From Scyliorhinus canicula (lineage: Eukaryota), in contig NC_052154.1 in assembly GCF_902713615.1 (NCBI RefSeq), positions 72,225,495-72,289,494 on the forward strand: a DNA stretch of 64,000 nucleotides, in the 5' to 3' direction. Of this stretch, positions 62,481 to 64,000 are shown one piece after another (positions within the stretch are counted from its first letter, which is position 1; every line of letters starts with the position of its first letter). Both the position numbers and the translations under genes were made by a program. The notes beneath the pieces were generated by a model. The model worked only from the letters and a program-made list of their open reading frames with translations. It made no database searches and was not told the DNA's origin.

Positions 62481-63184
62481 CCCCCCCCCATTTATTACAT
62501 CACTTAACTGAGTATGCCCTATATGATCATCTCCAGCATTATCCAATGGATCACAACTGATGAGATGAACAACAGATGTTTCACCAGCAAAACCCAAACT
62601 CAAGCCAAGATAGCAAACCATTCTGCTAACAAGTAGCACCACTACGATGTAGGAATATTGTGCAAGAGCTTTCTCGAATGAAACCGATCAGATCTATGGA
62701 ATACAAAACACAAGAGCTAGCAATGTTCTTGCAATACACTGCAGGTGGTAACCAAACACCATAAATTATACCACTTCTTTGAAGGGAGTTGTCTTTGAAT
62801 GAGTGCAGGATTTAAGATCAGGCATATGTTTTCAGGTTTTAGACTGTTTCCATGAAATGGTTTTGCTGAAAGTTACGAGAAGCCAAAAGGAACGCTCCTC
62901 AAAATGGCTTGAAATTGATTTTTTATTGACGAGACAATATAAAGAGGTCCTAACTGAAATTCATCTTGCAGCCCAATCAGGCTAACCTCAGGTTTTGCTG
63001 CTCTAAATGAAAGGAAATTAAAACCAACCCTGCCATGTTTGCTTTAGCAGGTTCCACTGCCCAGCCATGGCATTTGGAAAATTGCCTCCATTCGGCAATG
63101 CATCAAATAACATTTTTATTTGTAAAGTTCCCCAAGGCTACGGGACCAAAGAAGGAAGATGGAGTCAAGTTATAGATCAAACGA

Positions 63185-63610
63185 GGGGTGGCGCACTGGC
63201 GAAGTGGTTAGCATTGCTGCATCACAGTGCTGGGGACCAGAGTTTGATCCTGGCCCCAGGTCACTGTCCGTGTGGAGTTTGCACCTTTCTCTGTGTCTGC
63301 GTGGGTCTCACCCCCACAACCCAAAGATTTGGAGATAAAAGCAAATTACTGCAGATGCTGGAATCTGAAAGAAAAACAGAAAATACTGGACAATCTCAGC
63401 AGATCTGACAGCATCTGTGGAGAAAAAAGAGAGCTAACGTTTTAAGTCTGGATGACTCTGTCAAAGCTGCTTTGACTCTTGGTCAGAACTGCTGAGATTG
63501 TCCAGTATTTTCCGTTTTTGTGCCAAAAGATGTGCAGGTAGGTGGACTGGCTACGCTAAATTGCCCCTTAATTGGAAAAAAAAAGAATTGGGTACTTTAA
63601 ATTAAAAAAT
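63185..63610 (+). mobile_element. V-type SINE, short form, split by a fold-back Penelope-type fragment (63330-63520)
   Basis: SINE reads ..cacaacccaaagat[insert]ccaaaagatgtgcagg..; insert has inverted aaatactggacaatctcagcag / ctgctgagattgtccagtattt. Confidence 0.85.
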
Positions 63611-63619
63611 TTATAGAGC

Positions 63620-63990
63620 AAATGTGACCCAGTTGAATAGCAGAAAAGGACTCACTTTTCTTTCCTCCTCTGCTGCTGGTCTGCCTCATCATTAAGACAT
63701 TGTGACTCAAAGCAAGTTGGACAAATTGTTGCCATTTTGAATGATTGGCAGCAAGCTCCTCCTCGTCATCAACGTCAATGCTGTTACTTATCAAGGCAGG
63801 CTCAATGTATCTTTGTCACAATTTCTTTGTCCTCCCCCCGAAACATTGGACATTTGAGAGTTGAGAGATGACAGGAGAGAAGGATGAAGACTGCTCAACA
63901 TATCCCAGTCTCCCCTTTAACATATATGGGAGGTGGAATATTTGGCTACCAGGTGTGGGTCGACATCAGTTTTGTTTTTCCAACATTCAA
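63620..63990 (-). mobile_element. Old RTE-like LINE 3' remnant
   Basis: IDVDDEEELAANHSKWQQFV resembles the WE.LA.DR..WR C-terminal motif of RTE ORF2. Confidence 0.45.
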
Positions 63991-64000
63991 GGACAGGCAG

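Noticed and set aside
652-63610. tRNA genes
   Set aside because: All A/B-box hits continue into SINE bodies; none forms a stand-alone canonical cloverleaf with a terminator.
59762-64000. FA2H exon 1 (cytochrome b5 HPGG motif)
   Set aside because: No matching peptide or CpG-island promoter was seen; it presumably lies beyond the window.
42734-64000. Antisense orientation bias of intronic retroelements
   Set aside because: L1, CR1 and the LTR are antisense, but Penelope, RTE and several SINEs are sense; the sample is too small.

Overview
Eukaryotic, repeat-dense vertebrate DNA. The SINE/LINE repertoire points to a cartilaginous fish, most likely a shark (inference). The only protein-coding gene I can identify confidently is FA2H (fatty acid 2-hydroxylase) on the minus strand. 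Coding exons 2-7 are at 59681-59761, 52862-53004, 50088-50191, 49281-49453, 44871-45123 and 42654-42733. All have GT-AG boundaries, splice in one reading frame and keep the four histidine boxes. Exon 1 (cytochrome b5 domain) lies beyond the right edge. The 3'UTR runs to a strong poly(A) signal at ~41121 and possibly further. A possible terminal exon of an unidentified convergent gene sits at ~106-310. The rest is mostly nested transposable elements: ~25 tRNA-derived V-type SINEs with three different tails, a second tRNA-SINE family, Deu-type SINE remnants, L1/Tx1, CR1, RTE and Penelope fragments, two decayed Gypsy elements, solo LTRs, GC-rich Harbinger-like MITEs and hAT elements. I found no convincing wholly new biological system. 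The best leads are modular SINE tail swapping, decayed Penelope hammerhead motifs on the FA2H sense strand, identical 12-nt AG|GT boundaries on FA2H exon 4, and a CTCF-like site carried by an LTR. Exon coordinates were read base by base. Repeat boundaries are approximate unless a target-site duplication (TSD) is given, and family names come from recalled motifs, not database searches.
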